Below, piece after piece: positions 13,721 to 26,825 of a DNA stretch of 64,000 nucleotides. A model generated the notes under the pieces. It was not told the DNA's origin and did not search any database. It saw nothing but the letters and a program-made list of their open reading frames with translations. The position numbers were made by a program, and so were the translations under genes. Origin of the DNA: Octopus sinensis (Eukaryota). Each line of letters starts with the position of its first letter. Position 1 is the first letter of the stretch. Where the stretch lies: contig NC_043015.1 in NCBI RefSeq assembly GCF_006345805.1, positions 43,090,001 through 43,154,000 on the forward strand, read 5' to 3'.

Positions 13721-14889
13721 CAACTTCTTTTCCTTCTAACATAAGTTATAATTGCTCAGAAACAGCAATGTCAACATGTAAACCCTCCAAGACTTCAGGA
13801 AAGGTTTTTGGAGGGCCAACAAAGGACTTGGAGACAGCCCCTTCTTCCATGTGTGTTCATGTCCTTCATGGGTCCTCCAGGAACTGGGGAAACCAATGTA
13901 GATGATATTTCAGGATGTTGATGTCTTCGGGGAAAAACATGAGAAAGAAGTCAATTTACAGAGGGATGGCATTCAGGGTGAGAAAGGAGTGGGAACAGTA
14001 ATTAATAAATAAATAAAATGGTAAATGATATTTTAATGCTTGTTAGATTGAGGTCAAAGACATTCCCTGGCGTGATGGAGATTTTATTTTTCATTTCAAA
14101 GACCAGAAGAACCTTTATTCCAAAGACCAGATTAGAAGAGAACAATTGTATAAAAGAACCGTAAAACAATAATACATAATAGAAAAAAAAATATATAAAA
14201 AATTAATAAATATATAAACAAAGGAATCCATTGGTCTTTGTCAGACAAAATAGAGACAGTAGAAATAAATGGGAAAAACAAAAAACAAAAGCAAGGAAGA
14301 TTAATAAAAGAAATCTATTGAACGCCAATCTATTTGAATATTGGCAGATGTGGAGTTTAAAGTTTTGGATACTTATACATCAAGAAATGGAACCAAAACA
14401 AATACAAACAAACACTGCTATAGATTTTGGTGAGCTATTTTCAGTCGAACATTTTAAGATAGATTGAAATTTTTACTGTTCCCATCATTTATATTGGAGC
14501 TGTATCTGCTGCAACGACAACAACAACAGCAGCAACAATAACTGTATGCTGCGGCTGTGATTACATTGACAAGATGTTTTACAAGAAATCGTATTTGCGA
14601 AGTCATCAAAGACAGAAAGAGAGAGAGAGATATAGAGAGTAAGGGAGGAGGGTAGAGTAAGGTTGTGGAGGATGGACAGAAATAGATAAGACAGCTCAGA
14701 GGAATATGGAGAGAGATAAGGAGGGAGAGAAGGAGGGAGGGAGTGACAGGAAGAGAGATATGAAGATGAGGTGAAGAAAGTGAAAAAAACAAAAGAAGAA
14801 GGAAAACAAGCAAATTATAGGCAGACAACAGATGACGGAATAAATCAATTGATGGATAGACTTAGACAGACAACCATATATATACACAC

Positions 14890-14920
<31 letters not shown>

Positions 14921-15647
14921 AATATATATATATATATACATATAAAATATTATTAGAGACAAAACCACTATTTTGCAAAACCTGATTTTTTTCCCTGTAA
15001 ATTTGGATTTATTCCCTAATATTTTTATTTATATATATACATATATATATAGAGAGAGAGAATGGTTGAGATAGATTGATAGACAGATAAACAGATGAAA
15101 AGAAAGCATTTAGTTATTTCTAGATACAAAATTAGTAATTTTCTGCGAATTCTTGGTGGATGAACTCATTAAAAAAAGATGGATAACGAGCAGAGAGAAA
15201 CACTACGAGGAATTAATGTCATCTTGCAAAGTTAATTCCACTCCAAGACACACAGGAATAGATAAATAAGAGTATAGTTCTTGGACCCTCAGAAATATGA
15301 ACTTTTGTCTTATGTCGGAATCATAATGGATATTATATGTAAATGCATTCATATTATATACATGCACAGCATATGTGCTACACGGATATATATGTATATA
15401 TATATATTCTTATTCTTCAAACATCCAAAATGACGAGACCCCTCTGTCACAAGAATTGATTACTCTGCAATGTCCCTTGGAAAGCTAATTTAAATAGTGG
15501 AAACCGGTTGGATTTCACGACATCCATTTAATATGTATATATTTTTAAAAAGATATTAAACTATATGAAACGAAGGCATTTCTCTTCCACTTTTTATATT
15601 TTTCTCCCACGTGGTGTATACTGAATCTTCAGTATCTTTGCTCCTTG

Positions 15648-15682
<35 letters not shown>

Positions 15683-16609
15683 GTATGTTGCTGCACACAT
15701 GCACTAGCTTTCTTACAAAAAAATCTAATGGTCTTAACTTAGACTTGTTTGGGGGCAACCAGATCGAACTGTTTCAAGTGTAACTGCCCGAAACAGTAAG
15801 GACTTTTGGTAACTTGACTGAGGAAAGAAGGCCACGAATGACCTATCTGTTTTTTTTTGCATGTCCTTCTAATGGTTGTTTCTCCTGTCTGCCTCTGTAT
15901 CATCTACAATCAGTTGAGGAATTCAAAGAAAAGTTCCTCATGTTCAGAATAATCTAGAATCAAGATGCTTAAAAGTCTATGTAGCAAAGATGGAAATGGC
16001 AAACTAGCGCCCTCTGTCATCTGCTCTTTTCGACCGCAATGGTGATGCAGAGGCGCAGGCATAGCTATGTGGTTAGAAGATTGTTTCCCAACCAGATGGC
16101 TCTGTGTTTAATCCCACGGAGTGGTACCTTTGGGAAGTGTCTACTGCTACAGCCCTAGGTCATGAGTGGATTTTGCAGATGGACACTGAAAAAGTTCGTT
16201 GTGTGGGTGTGTGTGTGGGTATGTTTGTGTCTTGACACTGTGTAATAGCTGTGTCACTTGTCACACAATCAGTGCTATTGATATCCAATATTCTGCATAA
16301 ACATATCCGGCTGTGGAGAAATATCATCTTGCTTGAAAATAGGTCAGGGTTAGTGATAGGAAGAGCATCCGGTAGCAGAAAATGTGCCTCAATAAACCCT
16401 GTCTGACCCATGATATCATGAAGAAGTGGACGTTAATAAGATAATGATAACGATGAAAGTTTAATTAACAGCAAACAAAACATGGCACTACTAGTAAATA
16501 AGAAGAGGGTTATGTTCTAATATTATATATGAATAACACTGATTGAGTGTCAAGTGGCACTCACAATGTCAAGTGACACTCACAGTATCAAGATGAGGAG
16601 ACACAAACA

Positions 16610-16970
16610 TAGGCGCAGGAGTGTAAGTAGCTTGCTTCCTAACCACATGGTTCTGGGTTCAGTCCCACTGTGGGGCACCTTGGATAAGTGTCTTCTACTA
16701 TAGCCTTGGGCTGACTAAAGCCTTGTGAGAGGATGTAGTAGATGGAAACTGAAAGAAGCCCGTCGTATATATATGTATATATTTGTGTGTCTGTGTGTTT
16801 GTCCCTCCAATGTTGGTGTGTTTATGTTCCTGTAACTTAGCGGTTTGGCGAAACGAGACCGATAGAATAAGTACTAGGTTTAGAAAGAATAAGTCCTGGG
16901 GTCAATTTGTTCGACTAAAAATGGTGCTCCAGCATGGCCACAGGCAAATGACTGAAAGGAATAAAAGAAT
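16610..16970 (+). mobile_element. SINE family A, diverged
   Basis: Similarity to 5035-5450. Confidence 0.8.
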
Positions 16971-17660
16971 ATTGGAATGTGTACCTCAAAATATAATGAT
17001 TGAGAAGAAAAGACAGGATGATCATGCCTGGATTGCCTTCGATCATAAGTATGCTTGATCAAGGAAACAGATGTGATGGTTACTAGAAGAATTCCTTTGA
17101 TAACAAAATCAGTTTAGCCAGGGCTAACTTGAGGCTGACAACAACAAAAACAAAAGCAGATTTAAAAGGCTGGGGTTCCTATCAGGCCAGTCAACTGGCT
17201 TCATATAGCAGATAAATTTCTCCTCAAACAACTCCCTACCATCAGTGCCAGTCTATTAAATCCTCTTATAAAGTTTTGGTTGGCCCAGGGCTACAGTAGA
17301 TGACATTTGCCCAAGATGCCATGAAGTGGAACTGAGCCCAAAGCAACATGGTTGGGAAGTGAATTTCTCAAACACAGTCGTCCCTACATGCACACATTCG
17401 TGTATTTATACACACAAACTAACAAAGATGAGAATTGGTTTGGATTTCTGCCAGAACATGGTACTGCTAATGACATCCATCTTAAAAAAAAAAAAGGGAA
17501 AGAAAAGAAAAAGAAAAAAAACTGGCATTCTGTAGGTTACTATGATGAGGGTTCCAGCTGATCTGATTGACAGAACAGCCTGCTCGTGAAATTAACATAC
17601 AAGTGTATGAGCACTTCACAGGAATGTATGCCCTTTATATAGTTCTCCATCTTAACCCCT

Positions 17661-17988
17661 TTTAACCCAGGTTAACCCTGTTGAAATTTGGAAGATAGTT
17701 ATATAAATAGGGATAACAAACATATGGAAGCATCCAGTTAACCTTTATTGCAGTAAATACACCAAATACAACTGTCCTCAAATGAGGACAGTGGGTTAAT
17801 ATGGGTTAATGAGGCAAAGTTAACACATTTTAACCCAGGTTAACCATGTTGAAATTTGGAAGACAGTTATATAAATAGGGATAACAAACATATGGAAGCG
17901 TCCAGTTAACCTTTATTGCAGTAAATAAACCAAATACGACAGTCTTCAAATGGGGACAGTGGGTTAATATGGGTTAATGAGGCAAAGA
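17661..17988. repeat. tandem duplication, ~168-bp unit x2
   Basis: TTTAACCCAGGTTAACC...GAGGCAAAG repeated at 17661 and ~17829. Confidence 0.9.
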
Positions 17989-18302
17989 CAAGCAAACTTT
18001 TTAGCTCAGAACAAACCATTAAAGTTAGGACTTGTCTTAGAGAGGATCTTTGATAGGGTTCCTCTGTAGTCTGTAGCAGTCAGGGAAACTGAGTGTAGAG
18101 AAACAGATTGTGAGAGCCATGAGACTGTTGAGTTGGTCACGGCAAGAATTACTTTGATAATAGATCTGCCTGATCAGGACTGACCTAGGGCTAAATGACA
18201 AGTACTTGCACATGCAGGCAGCACAATTTACATTGCAGCAAGGGTAAACTCCAACAATCCCTGCTGCTACAAGAACAATGCATGTCCGATAAGTTTACCG
18301 TG

Positions 18303-18597
18303 CTAGCGTAGCTAGAGTGTATGCTGCTCGGAGAGGTCCTTCCATTTGCCACCTCTGGACCCCACAAAAAAACATTGTCTACAGCAGACCCAAAAGTGCC
18401 GCCTGGAGTGAACCACCCCACTGCCACCCCCAGACTTCACAAAAAGACATATTGTCTACAGCAGACCCAAAAGTGCTGCCTGGGGTGGACCTCTCCTGCT
18501 ACCATTGGACTTCACAAAAAAACATATTGTCTACAGCTAACCCAAAAGTGCCATTCAGGGTGCCCCCCCCTGCTGCCCCCCACCCCAGCTATGCTAG
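18303..18597. mobile_element. short TIR element with an internal ~77-bp minisatellite (3 units)
   Basis: Termini CTAGCGTAGCT and AGCTATGCTAG are inverted; ATTGTCTACAGC...CCCAAAAGTGC occurs three times. Confidence 0.6.
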
Positions 18598-19099
18598 TGG
18601 TTCACCCTCATCAATTATTGGTGAGGTTACTGGCCAATTTAGCCATTGATAACCTGACAAATCGACAGGTTGTGCTGGATTACATGTTACCAGTAGCGCT
18701 CGAGAACAACCCACACTTTGACCAAAACCAGACACATCTGCAATACTTCCATATTACTAAAAGCCATTCTAAGCAAGCTCAATAAAAATAAAGAAAATCA
18801 CAAACATCCACCCTGCCACATACACATCCCACCCCAGATAGTAGGTTTCTAGTGTCAATAACCTCATAAATCACAAAGCTTGTATAGCTGAGATATATAT
18901 CAATTGAGGGCAGCATCTACAAATGTCAATATGCCAACCAGGGTGAACTTGTGTTATGACCATCACCACTGGACATGTCAGGAACACAGTCCAGATTGTA
19001 AAAAAAAAAAAAAGAAAGAATATGTGGCTTTTTGACTTGCTAGAAAGAGTAACCAAATCTAGTATGGTATAAATCAGAATAGTAACCAAATAGTAACTA

Positions 19100-19335
19100 A
19101 GGCAATGAGCTGGCAGTAACGTTAGCACGCCGGATGAAATGCGTAGTCGTATTTCGTCTGCCATTACGTTCAGAGTTCAAATTCCGCCGAGGTCGACTTT
19201 GCCTTTCATCCTTTCGGGGTTGATAAATTATGTACCAGTTATGCACTGGGGTAGATGTAATCGACTTAAACCCTTTGTCTGTCCTTGTTTGTCCCCTCTG
19301 TGTGTAGCCCCTCGTGGGTAGTAAAGAAATAAGAA
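19100..19335 (+). mobile_element. tRNA-derived SINE, family B (central GCCTTTCATCCTTTCGGGGT domain)
   Basis: GAGCTGGCAG...GAGTTCAAATTCC head plus conserved central domain; copies at 34178-34410, 51030-51255 and many on the minus strand; resemblance to the Meta/MESC domain is from memory only. Confidence 0.8.
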
Positions 19336-20434
19336 ATAGTAACCAAATCTTCCTAAGATTCATGTTTCTGTCTTAAAAAAAAAAATGCATTGGATAATGT
19401 GGCCCCAGTTTACCTGCATATAGGGAAAAGTCAAGATGGTCATGGATGGAATGCTTTAGATAGTGGATCTTATTGATTAGGACTGCTCTGGTGCTAAACA
19501 ACAATAACAACTAAAAGTAGCCAAGGTGAAGTGGTTGAAACAGCAGCCAAATTTGCCTCAAAACAACACTCTGTTATCTTAAAAGTGGAGGGTAACATTG
19601 AACTGGAATGTGTGGATCAGATCTACTTGGCCAGAACTGACCTAGGGTTAAAAAAAACCCCACAAAGCAAAACAGATATACAAGCCAAGATAAACCTCTG
19701 CAATGTTAGTTGTTCTAGTTGAAATAATGGCCGAATTTGCCCCAAAACTATCTTAAAAATAAAGGAACACATTGAACTGAGACAGTTTAATCATTAACCT
19801 ACTTGACCAGGGCTGACCTAGGGCTAAACAACAGCAAAGAAAAACCAAAAAAAAAAAAAAGAACATGAAGCCAAGGTGAACCTCAACACAGTTCATGAAA
19901 ATTGTAGCCACACACACACACACTCTTTCTTTCTTTCTTTCAAAACTTTGGTCTGCTAATTGACAATTTCAATAATCAGAAAGAATTCCTGGAGATTTTT
20001 GCTTTGTGTTCCATGACAGAAACATAAACATTATTTCATTCCTCTGAGATTTGGGCTGCCAAGTTGGCAGCAATCTCAATAAATGCCTCTTGCGTTCATT
20101 TAGCTGTTGTTCTTCCACTCTGTTCTATATTCGAGATCCTGCTGAGGGTCAATAAAATAATTACGAAGCTTGTTAACGACCTGATTCATATGACAGTTCC
20201 CCCTTCCGCCACCCCAATCCTCCTTTACAAACCTCAAGCTTTGTGCCAAAGCGAGAAGCCATTATTCCATTTTTTTTTTCTTTTCTTTTTTTTTTCCAAA
20301 CTGCACCAAGATGGTTCACAGAAAGAAAGAAAAAAAACCTTTTACTTCGCTCCAGAAGTGTTTAACCCTTTAGAATTCAGGTTACTCTATTAAATGTAAA
20401 GCTTATCTATTCACATCATTCTTGCTCACAACAT

Positions 20435-20767
20435 CATAAGCAGAAAGTGTAACCTCTCGAAAGAGCTGTTCTTCACTCCTGCTCCAGAGCGTCGGCTGCG
20501 GGGTCATTCCGAAAAGCTCTATCTGCGACGATTTCATCTCAATCGAAGGAGAGGGGCTTTCTCCGTCCAGGTTGCGGATCTGTGGAATAAGCTGCCAGAC
20601 GAGATGGTGAAGATGCCGACGACCACTCGGTTCAAAGTCTCCCTTGATCTCAAGTGGCCTGAACTCTTTACATGAACACCACCCTGTACATAACTCCATG
20701 TCCCCCTACATGGCCTTGCTTTTTGCTTTTTGAGCCAAAAAATTAACTAACTAACTAACTAACTAAC
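20435..20767 (+). mobile_element. CR1-clade LINE 3' end with (CTAA)n tail
   Basis: Reads KCNLSKELFFTPAPERRLRGHSEKLYLRRFHLNRRRGAFSVQVADLWNKLPDEMV...; the RGH..KL and WN.LP motifs are typical of the CR1 ORF2 C-terminus. Confidence 0.85.
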
Positions 20768-21699
20768 AAACATTGGTTTGAATTAATCATGGATTATCTC
20801 ATGGCTTTGAGATTCCAATGGTGTTGTTTGTATATTTTTGACAATGACATTATAGGTAGTAAGGGGTCCAAAAGAGGTCTCAGGGAGTAGTGTCCCTGCC
20901 TTCCTGAGCTAGTTTTCCATCACATTTCTTAAAAAATAGTGGTAGAGGCCTTGCTCTCGGGAACCACTCATGTCTAGAAACTGAGGTTGGGGATAAGTAA
21001 GCAAGGACATGCTCCCCGTAGAAAATCCAGCTCTAAAAATGCCTCATGATAGCAAAGGAGAATGGGCACCAGCCAGTCCAAAGGTTGGGGTGGGCTGCAT
21101 CTGCCTATCTTGGTTGCTATGGCATTGAGGTAGATCTGGCCACCCCCATTAATGGGGACAAAACCTAGATTTAAAACTCTGGATGATGATGATGATTGTA
21201 AGGGAGGTGTGAGAGGTTGGATTAGGTCAGTTTTAACATAAAACAGGTAGAATATTTGGACCGGATTTGGATGGATTAAATGCTAAAGGCTTAAACAAGT
21301 AGAGCATTATTTTAATATCCATTGAGAGACTGCAAACCTCTCCACAGGTATTAGGGACTTCAAAATGGTCCTCTGAGAAAGATTTGTATTCAGGGTGCAT
21401 TTTTTGTTTCTTCTTTTTTATTTTACTTGTCTCAGTCATGAGACTGTGGCCATGCTGGGGCACTCCCTTGAAGAATATTTATTTCTTTAGTGCTCACAGG
21501 GGGCTAAACAAGAACAGACAACAGGATTAAATTGAATACATCGACCCCAGGTGCTTAATTTATCGACCTCGAAAGGATGAAAGGCAAAGTCGACTTTGGC
21601 GGAATTTGAACTCAGAATGTAAAGACAGACGAAATACCGCTAAGCATTTTGCCCAGCGTGCTAACGATTCTGCCAGCTTGCCACCTTAATTATGTAACT

Positions 21700-22090
21700 T
21701 ATTCTTTTCTACTCTAGGCACAGTGCCCGGAATTTTGGGGGAGGAGTGAGTTGGTTAGATTGACTCCAGTACACAACTGGTACTTAATTTATCGACCCTG
21801 AAAAGATAAAAGGTAAAGTTGACCTCAGCAGGATTTTAACTCTGAACATAGCGGCAGATGAAATACCTATTTCTTTACAACTCACAAGGGGCTAAACACA
21901 GAGACGACAAACAAGGACAGACAAACGGATTAAGTTGATTATATCGACCCCAGCACGTAACTGGTACTTATTTAATTAACCCCAAAAGAATGAAAGGCAA
22001 AGTCGACCTCGGCGGGATTTGAACTCTGAACATAGCAGATGAAATACCACTAAGTATTTTGCCCAGCATGCTAACAATTCTGCCAGCTCG
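21700..22090 (-). mobile_element. dimeric SINE family B composite
   Basis: Two central domains joined at GAAATACCTATTTCT (~21860); same junction at ~58820 and ~60350. Confidence 0.75.
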
Positions 22091-23667
22091 ATGTAGTAGG
22101 GAAGCAACTTTCATACCACCCAGCCATGTCAGTGATGTGGACAATTGCTAAATCTACCAGACGTTACCTCTGCACTCTTATACTCAACTTGCTACAAGCA
22201 CATTGCAATTAATGAGACGGATGATAAACATGATATATGTGTTACGCTCAACATTGTATTATCGATTAAGAGCTACAGACAGAGAGCATAAATGTAGAGT
22301 AGCAATAACTGTTCTATTGTGTTGAGTTGATCTTGCCCCAGCTGTGTGTGTTGGTTTGGTTTGATAGAAATAGCAGCCAAATCTTCATCAAGTAACAACT
22401 TGACTGGTCAGAACTGTGGGAAATATGCTTCTACTTTCTTATACATATAGTATAGGCATAAGAGTGGCTGTGTGGTAAGTAGCTTGCTTACGAACCACAT
22501 GGTTCCAGGTTCAGTTTCACTGCATGGCACCTTGGGCAAGTGTCTTCTACTATAGCCTTGGGCTGACCAAAGCCTTGTGAGTGGATTAAGTAGATGGAAA
22601 CCGAAAGAAGCCCGTCTCACACACACACACACACATATATATATATGGTGTTAGGAAGGGAATCCAGCTGTAGAAACTTTGCCAGATCAGATTGGAGCCT
22701 GGTGCAGAAAGATATTGAAAAAACATCAATATGTCAAAGTGACAAAGAGATGAAGAAAGTATCAGGTGGTCATGAGATGTGCTAAAAATAACAGCCAAAT
22801 AGCCCTTAAATCACATACCAAAAATTCTTTTTGTTTCTCCCGCCACACCATAAATGTATGAATTCCCAGGTGTAGAGTACAAATTACCAAAAATTTTCTG
22901 AAAATTCCAAAAAGTAAAAAAATTATGATGGGTCATATGGGGGGGGGGTGCTTAAGCCAGAATTCCATTCAGTTTTCTGCCAACTTAATTTCACTCCTGA
23001 AGGCTATTTATGGAAGTTAGCTCAAGGTGCCACAGACTGGGTCCACTGTACTGGACCTATGTGAAGTGTACCTTGCAAATTTCAAACTGTGATATGGATA
23101 TGGTAAGGAATACTTTTATACATCATAGCAGCAATAGTAGATCTGTATATAGGAAGATGTTGAACTGACATATAATTACGAGGCAACTGTGTTAATCGCT
23201 TTCTAAAATATAACGATGTCATGTTGAGTCAGGTTACTAATAGTTCCGAGTGATTGAAATGTTTTTCACCAGTCTCTGTGTCATGTTTTTTTTGTTTTTG
23301 TTTTTTACCTGTATGGTGAAGTAATTAGTTGTCAGGTAACAATTAGCATAACAAGAGTAAATGCAGGAGGTGAGTGCTGGAAAAACACTTTGTTAAGCAC
23401 AGGTGCGTAAAGGTGCAAAATTTCTTTAGGCCCATTGTGACTGCTGATTAACACCATTGTTACCGTATTCCTGTTGAAATAGAGTATGGTGGTTTCAATT
23501 AATTTTGAAATAATGAAGAATTTAGAAAAATAACTTTGTCATTGTTAAGTTGGCTTTTGGAACATAATGTTAAATTTTGAAAGGTTTTAATTTAAATTAT
23601 ATTAGATCAATACTTCTGTTGAAATACGCAGCATTGAGTTCCAATAGATTTTGAAAATAATGAACAG

Positions 23668-24474
23668 CTAGCTGTATAGCCCGGCGTTGCTAGAGTTTGT
23701 TTTGACTCTTTAAAATTGAAATTTTTGAAAAGTAAAAATTTTGCACGATGTAGCTTACTCTTTTACTCTTTTACTTGTTTCAGTCATTTGACTGTGGCCA
23801 TGCTGGAGCACCACCTTTAGTCGAGCAAATCAACCCCAGGACTTATTCTTTGTAAGCCTAGTACTTATTCTATCGGTCTCTTTTGCCAAACCGCTAAGTT
23901 ACGGGGACATAAACACACCAGCATCGGTTGTCAAGCGATGTTGGGGGGTGACAAACACAACACACAAACATACACACATATATATATATAAATATATACG
24001 ATGGGCTTCTTTCAGTTTTCGTCTACCATATCCACTCACAAGGCTTTGGTCGGCCCGAGGCTATAGTAGAAGACACTTGCCCAAGGTGCCACACAGTGGG
24101 ACTAAACCCGGAACCATGTGGTTCGTAAGCAAGCTACTTACCACACAGCCACTCTTACGCCTATAGCTTGTTATTCCCTATCAGTAAACATTTTTCTGGT
24201 TGAAATACACCGAAAAATGGTGACACGGTAGTTAAAAAATCGTAAAAAATAGGGATTTTCATAGAAAAAAAGCACCTTTTTGATGTAAATAAATTTTGGT
24301 CTTAACATGGTCTGATTTGAATTTTTTCTTCTAAGGAATGAAGAGCAAGCCTTCTTCTATCATATTCTCAATTTTGGTCAACTTGCGCCATAGGGTCTCG
24401 GAGGTGATAGTGTTAGTTGAAGGCTACCAAACCTGCCACGCACACACAAACAACTTCAGCTTTATATGTAGAGA
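23668..24474 (-). mobile_element. non-autonomous Helitron-like element interrupted by a SINE
   Basis: Minus strand starts TC (24474) and ends GCAACGCCGGGC...CTAG (23668); SINE A inserted at ~23757-24164 with TAGCTT duplicated. Confidence 0.65.
23757..24164 (-). mobile_element. SINE family A, full length
   Basis: Reverse complement of 5035-5450. Confidence 0.9.
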
Positions 24475-24797
24475 TTTGTCAATTGTTCAGTGACCATCCT
24501 CCAAGACCAATTCATAATGTGTTGATTCATTTGGGAGGTCGACACCTGCCCTAAACGAGTTTGGTCTTCAAACAACTAGTGACCATTCCTAAAAGGCGAA
24601 AGCCGATCGTAAACTTGTGATTTACACATGGCAGAGTCCTTATAGGCTGCTTGAAGCATGACAACTGTTTCAGCTGCCATTTTCCCCGAGTGGAAAACAG
24701 CATTTCACAGAAACACGCTGTTCCTTCGTTTCAAACATTGATGAACAGGGGACAAGCGCTTGAAAAACAAAGACTCACCACATGGCAGCATGACCTC

Positions 24798-25195
24798 ACT
24801 GTGGCCATGCTGGAGCACCACCTTTAGTTGAGCTAATCGACCCCAGTACTTTGTAAGCCCAGTACTTATTCTATTGGTCCCTTTTTGCTGAACTGCTAAG
24901 TTATAGGGATGTAAACACAGCAACAACAGTTGTGAAGCAATAGTGGGGGGACAAACACAGACACATGAATACACACACACACTCACTCACTTACACACAC
25001 ACACACATGTATGTATATATATATTATATATACGACGGGCTTCTTTCAGTTTCCGTCTACCAAATCCCCAAATCCACTCACAAGACTTTGGTCAGTCTGA
25101 GGCTATAGTAGACGGCACTTGCCCAAGGTGCCACATAGTGGGACTGAACCCAGAACCATGTGGTTGAGAAGCAAGCTTCTTACCACACAGCCACC
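24798..25195 (-). mobile_element. SINE family A, diverged
   Basis: Similarity to the family consensus. Confidence 0.8.
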
Positions 25196-25942
25196 TATAT
25201 ATATATATATATATATATATAATACACACATACATATTCTATCTTCTGAATTAATCCATTATGAAAAATGTATTTTTAAAATTATTTTCTGGAAGCAGAC
25301 AGTGGTGGTATCATGGGTTAGAGACATGATAGGAGGTGAGAGAGAAGGGGTAGGAACGAGACGGGGTTTGTGGGGTGGGAAGATGTAAACGCTCTCTGAA
25401 AATTAAAATCACCTCAAGAAATACAAAAGCATTCGATTGTGTAATCGCAGAGAAGAAATTGTTTACATGTTTATTATTCTCGTCATAGAATATGAAGAAA
25501 ATAAATCTTTGTACAATTCTTTCTTGTTCAGGGAATTGTCAATTAGTGTATGTTATTATTCCTGATGAAATATATACATGCATATATCACCAACTATCAT
25601 TGAACACACACACACTCACACACACATATGAGAGAACGAGAGATGTATGTATGTATATATATATTTATATGTACATGTGGGTGTGTGTATGTATATATAT
25701 ATATATAAATATAATATATATATATATATACACACGAGTGAAAGAGACATGTATGTATGTACACATATATATATATATATATGAAGATGTATGTGTGTAC
25801 ATATATATATTTATATGTACGTGTGTGTATGTATGTGTGTGTGTATATACATATATATACACATGAGTGAAAGAGACATGTATGTTTGTATGTATATATA
25901 TATATATGAGAGAGATGTATGTGTGCATGTATGTATATGAGT

Positions 25943-25976
<34 letters not shown>

Positions 25977-26131
25977 TATACAAAAAGCAATAAAGATTGA
26001 AGTTAATTTAAATGAATTTACTTGAATATGGTACCTAACTTAGATGCACCAAAAAAAAAACTATACTGTTTTAACAATACAGTAATGTGGGGTGATTATA
26101 AGCGAGAAAGAAGCAACAAGAATGGATAGGT

Positions 26132-26221
26132 TTTTAGTACAATCGTTTCATACAGGACAGGCTTTATTAAAAGTTGCAAAAATTACAGCATATAAACGTG
26201 TCCCGTACTCATCAGCTAAAA
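26132..26221 (-). ncRNA. type-I minimal hammerhead ribozyme (left arm)
   Basis: UUUUAG-CUGAUGA-GUACGGGACA...UGUCCUGUAU-GAAA-CGAUU-GUA-CUAAAA; all three stems pair. Confidence 0.8.
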
Positions 26222-26480
26222 TACATGTGAGTTCTCTAGACATCCTAGTGGTTGAGGCTATACTCATGAAGTAATGTAGATAATTAAGTAACATAAACAG
26301 ATTTCCAAAGTTCATTAAAGTTCTTTAAAGATGATGTATCATCTTTAAAGAACTTTAATGAACTTTGTATCATCTTTAAAGAACTTAATGAACTTTGGAA
26401 ATCTGTTTATGTTACTTAATTATCTACATTACTTCATGAGTATAGCCTCAACCACTAGGAGTCTAGAGAACTCACATGTA

Positions 26481-26570
26481 TTTTAGCTGATGAGTACGGG
26501 ACACGTTTATATGCTGTAATTTTGCAACTTTTAATAAAGCCTGTCCTTGTATGAAACGATTGTACTAAAA
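26481..26570 (+). ncRNA. type-I minimal hammerhead ribozyme (right arm)
   Basis: Stem I TTTTAG/CTAAAA, core CTGATGA 26487-26493, long stem II, GAAA 26553-26556, GUA triplet 26562-26564. Confidence 0.8.
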
Positions 26571-26601
26571 ACCTATCCATTCTTGTTGCTTCTTTCTCGC
26601 G

Positions 26602-26669
<68 letters not shown>

Positions 26670-26694
26670 ATGGACATGTGTGTGTGCATATATA

Positions 26695-26825
26695 TCAGCC
26701 GAAATTACTACGATGATCCGGTTCTTGACTGAAGACTGAGGGGTTCGAATGTCCTGTCCATGTTTATTGTATCGTCTTCTATGAGTTATACGTTCTTGTC
26801 CATGTTGTATTTTTCTACATACCTT
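26695..26825 (+). mobile_element. short (TA)n-embedded repeat fragment
   Basis: GATGATCCGGTTCTTGACTGAAGA...CGAATG block recurs at ~50650-50760 and more distantly at ~15790-15900. Confidence 0.55.

Larger units (their letters stand above)
12926..14003. repeat. long inverted repeat (~150-bp arms) enclosing RTE fragments
   Basis: 12926-13070 is the reverse complement of ~13858-14003 with scattered mismatches. Confidence 0.85.
25980..26600 (-). mobile_element. Penelope-like element terminus with inverted partial copy (~500-bp palindrome)
   Basis: 26102-26335 is the reverse complement of ~26338-26600 (one ~30-nt duplication near the centre); both ends sit in (TA)n; hammerhead in each arm; PLE assignment is inferred, no PLE ORF seen. 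Confidence 0.7.

Noticed and set aside
25555-25600. CTGATGA followed by an ATATAT hairpin
   Set aside because: No GAAA core after the stem; at most a fossil.
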